DNA of 59,444 nt, taken from Verrucomicrobiales bacterium. GTDB taxonomy: Bacteria > Verrucomicrobiota > Verrucomicrobiia > Verrucomicrobiales > V1-33. Location: assembly GCA_031411295.1 (NCBI GenBank), contig JANOAV010000208.1, forward strand, positions 1 through 59,444, read 5' to 3'. Within the stretch, counting starts at the first letter, position 1; the number at the start of each line of letters is the position of its first letter. The translations under genes were made by a program, and so were the position numbers. Below, piece by piece: positions 54,876 through 59,444 of this stretch. Under the pieces are notes generated by a model. That model did not search any database and had not been told where the DNA came from. It was given only the letters and a program-made list of their open reading frames with translations.

Positions 54876-55034
54876 CTAGAGTTCAGGAAGGGTCTTGGGC
54901 AGACCAATGGCGCTTTGGCCAGACTTCCATTGACCGCGTTTTTTCATCAGCTTGACGCGTTCAAAACGCTTCATAACGCTGCGTTTGGCACCGACGGCAC
55001 CGCCGGAAGACTTGAGACTTGGATGTTGGGACAT
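54876..55034 (-). CDS. PVC superphylum signature small basic protein (52 aa, absent from the ORF track)
   Basis: Manual translation MSQHPSLKSSGGAVGAKRSVMKRFERVKLMKKRGQWKSGQSAIGLPKTLPEL fits the MS.H.SL..R.V.KR.ER..G.W..GLPK pattern. Confidence 0.9.
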   Translation of the reverse strand: MSQHPSLKSSGGAVGAKRSVMKRFERVKLMKKRGQWKSGQSAIGLPKTLPEL

Positions 55035-55142
55035 GATATTTTACAGAGGATTGAAAATTTTAGGAGGGCGGAAGATGTCGATTCTTTCGAGATTTGCAAG
55101 AAATTATTTCACTTCAGTGAAGTTAACGATCAAGTCCCGACG

Positions 55143-55910
55143 TTAGGAGTTCTTTTGACTACCGGCCACAGCCATCACACTAGTCAACATTTCTAAACGC
55201 CGGATGACGCCATCAATGTTCATGACGTTGTCCAGAATCAACGGTTCCTCCTCATTGGGGAAGCGCATGATGAGCCGACCGGAACGGATGAAAGGCAGGT
55301 AGTGCTCGAACACGTCCGTGACTTCCTTGGTGTAGGTAAATCCAGCGGTGGAGTAGCGGCGGCGTTTGTCGAGAATACCGCCCACGACGATGATCTCGTT
55401 CGATTCGAAGCGCACGAAGTGGAAGCGCACGTAGAGAATGCCAACGATCATCAAAATCACCCACATGCCAAAGACGCAGAAGTAAAACTGGTGGTTGGCG
55501 GCCGGTTGCAGATGTCGCAGCCAGGAAAAGAAATCCGGCAGGAAGGGGTGGAAAATATTAATCAACACCAGCACCAAACCAATGATGACGACCCCTGCAA
55601 TCCACAAGAGCGCCCAGGTCAGCCCAATATCAAAGGTGATGGTGAACAAGCAAAGCATCAACGAACCCAGGAAAACGATCCCTAAAGCCTGATCCATTGG
55701 GGTGACGTCCACTGTGAGGGGCGTTTGGGAGTGATGCACGGACCACATTTGGAGGAAGCCGCAGATCAGCGCAATTAAGGCGGCAGGATAAAGGACAGGA
55801 ATTTTAGGCCACAACCTCACAATCAAGGCAGGCACAGAACCCACGCTTTCGGGGTTAGGCGTCGGCGGATCGGTTGGTTCCAAGTTGGAGAGGACGGGGG
55901 TGTCAGACAT
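55143..55910 (-). CDS. Hypothetical integral membrane protein with soluble C-terminal domain
   Basis: 255-aa ORF with about four hydrophobic segments and a beta-rich C-terminus. Confidence 0.7.
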   Translation of the reverse strand: MSDTPVLSNLEPTDPPTPNPESVGSVPALIVRLWPKIPVLYPAALIALICGFLQMWSVHHSQTPLTVDVTPMDQALGIVFLGSLMLCLFTITFDIGLTWALLWIAGVVIIGLVLVLINIFHPFLPDFFSWLRHLQPAANHQFYFCVFGMWVILMIVGILYVRFHFVRFESNEIIVVGGILDKRRRYSTAGFTYTKEVTDVFEHYLPFIRSGRLIMRFPNEEEPLILDNVMNIDGVIRRLEMLTSVMAVAGSQKNS

Positions 55911-56100
55911 GATCGGTGATAATTATTAAGTGACTAGGCTAAATGAACTTTGGGATAATACAACGCTCTGGGACGATGCCAAAGAGAAAAAGCACCCGCA
56001 ATCGTAATCGGAAATGGCGCGGCGGAGACTTGGCAAATGGACAACGACGGTTGCTGAGACGGCTAGTCCTTGTTTTCGGGTGAAGCGGGAAAGAGGACAT

Positions 56101-56188
56101 CAAGGTAGGAAAATGAGTGGTCGGAAAATTAAAGAAACAGAAATCAGGGCTCTGGGAAAATTTTCCTACCTTGAATCTTCCTACCTTC
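56101..56188. repeat. 14-bp perfect inverted repeat with an extra arm copy
   Basis: CAAGGTAGGAAAAT (56101-56114) pairs with ATTTTCCTACCTTG (56160-56173), followed by a second TTCCTACCTT. The internal segment resembles 57334-57372. Confidence 0.65.
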
Positions 56189-56191
56189 AAC

Positions 56192-57310
56192 TCAGAACTG
56201 AATTTCCAGCCGCTCCGCCACACGCTTCGGACGGCGCAGGGCTTCGGCCATGCGCAAGGCTTCATCGGCTCCTCGCAGGTCTTTGCAGGCGGGATGCGCC
56301 TCGGGGGCTGCGATGATGCCGAGATTGTGCAGGACGTGAGCGGTGCTGTGCTTGTAGGCGGAGGCGCTCATGTTCGCATCCAGGCGGAAGACTTGAACTT
56401 CCAGCGATTGGAAGGCTTCAAAAACCTTATAGACCCGCGTGTCGAAGCGACCCGTTCCAGTCGGAAACTTTTTCTGAGGTGAACCGTCATTGAGCCACAT
56501 GTCCTTTGCGGCACAGATCAATGGCGCACCACTGACGGCGGCACCGATGAGTAGTGGCAGGCCAAGTTTGATCGCGGTAGCGATGCCGAAGTCGTCTCCA
56601 CTGTGCGGGGCGAAATCGAGGCCGAGTTCGCGACACATCGCAGCCCAGTAGAGGAAGTGCGGCTCGTCCAATGTGCTGATTTTTCCACCGACGAACTTCG
56701 GATGAATCGCGAGCTGATGCAGCAACCACGGTCCAAATGGCCGCGCCCAGGGCACGAAGGCAGGCTCCAAGGCATGAACGATGCCCGGACGAATCAACCA
56801 CTCGGCGATTTCATAATAGGCATCGCGACAAGACTCCGGCTCCAGTGCACTGAGCCACTTCGAAGTCATGAGCATCACCTCGCAGTTGTCATGCTGCTGC
56901 ACGATGTCGATCAGCGGACGATAGCGCTCGGCCTTGAACGATGTGTCATCTTGAGCACCGCGAGCCGTCACGCCAGCGATGAACTTCTTGGTTGGAAACT
57001 CCGCCCGGAAGCGGCGCAACACCTCTGCATAGAGCGCATCATCGAGATCAAAGATGTAGCCCGTGTCTGCATTCAGCACGACGACGAGTTCCACTCCGAA
57101 ATGATCTGCTGCTTTTTGCATCCAGCGAATGCTTGCCACGAAACCTTCCCAGTCTGGTTTGCCATCTCGAAACGGCAGTAAGGCCGCAGCGCAGAGACGC
57201 GGCTTGGAGGTATGATCGATGAGTTCTTCCTCCCCCGTCCACGCCCACTTGGTATCTTGCCAAGCAGTGTTCGGAGAGAGGTTTTCAGGTTTGGTGATAA
57301 GTGATTTCAT
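56192..57310 (-). CDS. DapA/class I aldolase-like TIM-barrel protein
   Basis: AALLPF..PDW..F, NADTG, FIAGV, HPKFVGGKIS (candidate Schiff-base Lys) and HSGDDF. Start placed at MKSLITK. Confidence 0.7.
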   Translation of the reverse strand: MKSLITKPENLSPNTAWQDTKWAWTGEEELIDHTSKPRLCAAALLPFRDGKPDWEGFVASIRWMQKAADHFGVELVVVLNADTGYIFDLDDALYAEVLRRFRAEFPTKKFIAGVTARGAQDDTSFKAERYRPLIDIVQQHDNCEVMLMTSKWLSALEPESCRDAYYEIAEWLIRPGIVHALEPAFVPWARPFGPWLLHQLAIHPKFVGGKISTLDEPHFLYWAAMCRELGLDFAPHSGDDFGIATAIKLGLPLLIGAAVSGAPLICAAKDMWLNDGSPQKKFPTGTGRFDTRVYKVFEAFQSLEVQVFRLDANMSASAYKHSTAHVLHNLGIIAAPEAHPACKDLRGADEALRMAEALRRPKRVAERLEIQF

Positions 57311-57374
57311 GGAAAGTGGTGAAGGAACAGCTAGAAAGATTGGTGGTTGGAAAATTGAAGAGTCAGAAATCAAT

Positions 57375-57465
57375 GTGGCGGGGGCATTCCGCCCCCTGGC
57401 CTTGGATCATGCTGTAGCGGGTTGGATGCGGGCTCCTGGGCTAGGGGGCAGAATGCCCCCGCCAC
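57375..57465. repeat. REP-like inverted doublet, GTGG type, 27-bp arms
   Basis: GTGGCGGGGGCATTCCGCCCCCTGGCC ... GGCTAGGGGGCAGAATGCCCCCGCCAC, two mismatches. Confidence 0.8.
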
Positions 57466-57546
57466 GTTTTGTTGTGGCTTCCTGTAGGACCAGGCTCCAG
57501 CAAAGGTTGTAAGAGCGGAGGTCCACCTCAAAATCCGTGTTCGGGT

Positions 57547-58701
57547 TCAAATGAGCGGTTCCACATTCAGCCATTTGCGTTGTTCCCAGCTCTGTAGGCC
57601 GAGTTCGGCGAGTTGCACGCCCTTCGCGCCTTCACGCAGCGACCATGGGAAGGGCGTCCCGACGGCTACATGCTTCAAGAACTCCTCCCATTGGATTTTG
57701 AAAGCGTTCTCATAGTTCGTGGTATCCGGAACTTCCTGCCAGCCATCGAAGAAGTTGATAGGCTGATCAATATCCGGATTCCATGTCGGACGCGGTGTCG
57801 TGCCAGCGGCTTGCACCCAGCATTTCCGCAGTCCCACGATGGCGCTGCCGTGCGTGCCATCGACTTGCATCGTCAGTAGATCATCACGACGCACCCGCAC
57901 GGTCCACGAGCTGTTGAACTGGCAAACCACGCCGCCTTCGCACTCAAACGTCGCGTAGCAGGCATCATCGCTGGTGGCAGGATAGGCATTGCCTTTTTCG
58001 TCGATGCGTTTTGGCAAATGCGTGGCTCCGAGACAGCTCACGGCCTTCACTTTGCCAAAGAGATCATCGATCACATAACGCCAGTGGCAGAGCATATCGA
58101 CGATGATGCCGCCGCCGTCTTCCTTGCGGTAATTCCACGATGGCCGCTGCGCAGGCTGGTCGCCATCTTCACCCGTGAAGACCCAGTATCCGAACTCGCC
58201 ACGCACACTCAGGATGCGGCCAAAGAACCCTTGATCGCGCAGCGTGCGGAATTTGCGAATGCCCGAGAGCCAGAGCTTGTCCTGCACCACGCCATTCTTC
58301 ACCCCCGCGTCCTCGCAGAGCCTCGCCAAACGCATCGCCTCCGCAGCCTCCACCGCCGTTGGCTTCTCACAATAGATCGCCTTCTTCGCCTTCACCGCTT
58401 TCTCAATGAAGCCCGCCCGCTGCAAGGTGCCCGAAGCATCAAAGAAAATCTCGTCCTCAGGATTCGCCAGCGCTGCATCCACATCGGTCGTGAACCGCGT
58501 GACACCAGTGCGAGCCGCCAATGCCGCCAGCTTGTCATGATTGCGCCCCGTCAAAATGGGATCAGGCATGAGGATCAAATCATCGCCCACTTTAACGCCG
58601 CCTTGATCGCGGATCGCCTTGATCGAGCGAATGAGGTGCTGATTGGTGCCCATGCGTCCCGTGACGCCGTTCATGATGATGCCGATTCGTTGTGTTTTCA
58701 T
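57547..58701 (-). CDS. Gfo/Idh/MocA family oxidoreductase
   Basis: GIIMNGVTGRMG, IYCEKP, GGGIIVDMLCH. Confidence 0.92.
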   Translation of the reverse strand: MKTQRIGIIMNGVTGRMGTNQHLIRSIKAIRDQGGVKVGDDLILMPDPILTGRNHDKLAALAARTGVTRFTTDVDAALANPEDEIFFDASGTLQRAGFIEKAVKAKKAIYCEKPTAVEAAEAMRLARLCEDAGVKNGVVQDKLWLSGIRKFRTLRDQGFFGRILSVRGEFGYWVFTGEDGDQPAQRPSWNYRKEDGGGIIVDMLCHWRYVIDDLFGKVKAVSCLGATHLPKRIDEKGNAYPATSDDACYATFECEGGVVCQFNSSWTVRVRRDDLLTMQVDGTHGSAIVGLRKCWVQAAGTTPRPTWNPDIDQPINFFDGWQEVPDTTNYENAFKIQWEEFLKHVAVGTPFPWSLREGAKGVQLAELGLQSWEQRKWLNVEPLI

Positions 58702-58932
58702 AGGTAGAGTAAAGTTGGCTATGAGAACTCAGACCTTCCGGCTGGTAAATCAGTTGTTTCCGATGACTATGGACGGAAATAGTGATGTGAAAGAAGCGGC
58801 CAAATGCCGCTGGTTTGGCGTCATCACTGTTGCTCAAATTCCATCGCCCCTTTGTCGAGGCGGCGCACTAGGAGTGCAGCCATAGCCACGCAAAAGGTGA
58901 TGCGCTGGCAAAAATATGCTCTATCCTTGCGC

Positions 58933-59262
58933 TTGAACTATTCTCTCATCCTCTTTTCCGCTCTGTCTTTTATCGGATACGGCACCGCTTGCTTTTTTGC
59001 CACCCGAATTAAGCATGAGTTCGACCGCTACCGGATGGCATCGCAGCGTGTGATGGTGGGTGCATTGCAAATAGTCGCATCGCTTGGGCTACTGGTCGGC
59101 CTGAGCCAACCCTGGATTGGGCGGTCCGCAGCGGCGGGTCTGGCGCTGATGATGATGGTCGCTGTCGGGGTTCGAATCCGAATCAAAGACAGTCTGTTCC
59201 AGACGATGCCAGCCTTGCTTTATTTGCTGCTGAATGCCTATCTCTGTGTCGCTGCGTTCTGA
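58933..59262 (+). CDS. DoxX-like small membrane protein
   Basis: EFDRY..R.MVGALQI..GLLVG, ALMMMVAVGVRIRIKD and four hydrophobic segments. Start (TTG 58933) is uncertain. Confidence 0.7.
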   Translation: MNYSLILFSALSFIGYGTACFFATRIKHEFDRYRMASQRVMVGALQIVASLGLLVGLSQPWIGRSAAAGLALMMMVAVGVRIRIKDSLFQTMPALLYLLLNAYLCVAAF

Positions 59263-59306
59263 GAAAACTGTTGTGGCTACAGCAACGCAATCGCGGCACA
59301 CATAGC

Positions 59307-59444
59307 TAGTGCTTACTTGCAATAGTTAACAAATGTGAAATAAGTGGGGATGAGCCGCTCCATCAAACCGCTGAATTTAACGAACGACGAAAAGGTCACC
59401 ATTGAAGCCCTAATCCGCAGTCCGCAAAGCACGCAGGGACAGGT
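59307..59444 (+). mobile_element. Left end of a probable IS630-family insertion sequence; transposase starts at 59350 and runs off the window
   Basis: CTAG/TA boundary at 59306-59309, a short AT-rich end, then MSRSIKPLNLTNDEKVTIEALIRSPQSTQGQ, which resembles IS630 transposase N-termini. Confidence 0.6.

Overview
A 59.4 kb chromosomal segment from a GC-rich bacterium, most likely Verrucomicrobiota. Support: a PVC signature small basic protein, a TGTTC-N4-GAACA LexA box, a PEP-CTERM protein, a DUF1549/DUF1553-DUF1501 pair and an ECF sigma factor paired with a Ser/Thr kinase. Core content is a stand-alone spc ribosomal operon (rplN-rplX-rplE-rpsH-rplF-rplR-rpsE-rplO-secY-map, without rpsN, rpmD or adk), plus metX, rnr, an RluB-type pseudouridine synthase and three tRNAs (Ser-CGA, Ala-CGC, Val-GAC). 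The strongest leads are: (1) an overlapping three-gene operon (acyltransferase, AUR1/PAP2-like enzyme, rifampin-phosphotransferase-architecture dikinase), possibly an unknown lipid-modification pathway; (2) an SOS-boxed LexA/UmuD-like protein with no DNA-binding domain and both catalytic residues substituted; (3) a pilin followed by two paralogs that keep the head domain but lack the prepilin N-terminus; (4) a cytochrome c/DUF1501 operon with two TPR proteins sharing a repeated DxD..ETG..F module, one about 2420 aa; (5) SecY with an apparent extra C-terminal TM helix; (6) a candidate attenuator in the spc leader. There are also three genes broken by single in-frame stops, several REP-like palindrome families, an HNH remnant and the start of an IS630-like element. 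All family assignments come from motif recognition by eye; no searches were run.
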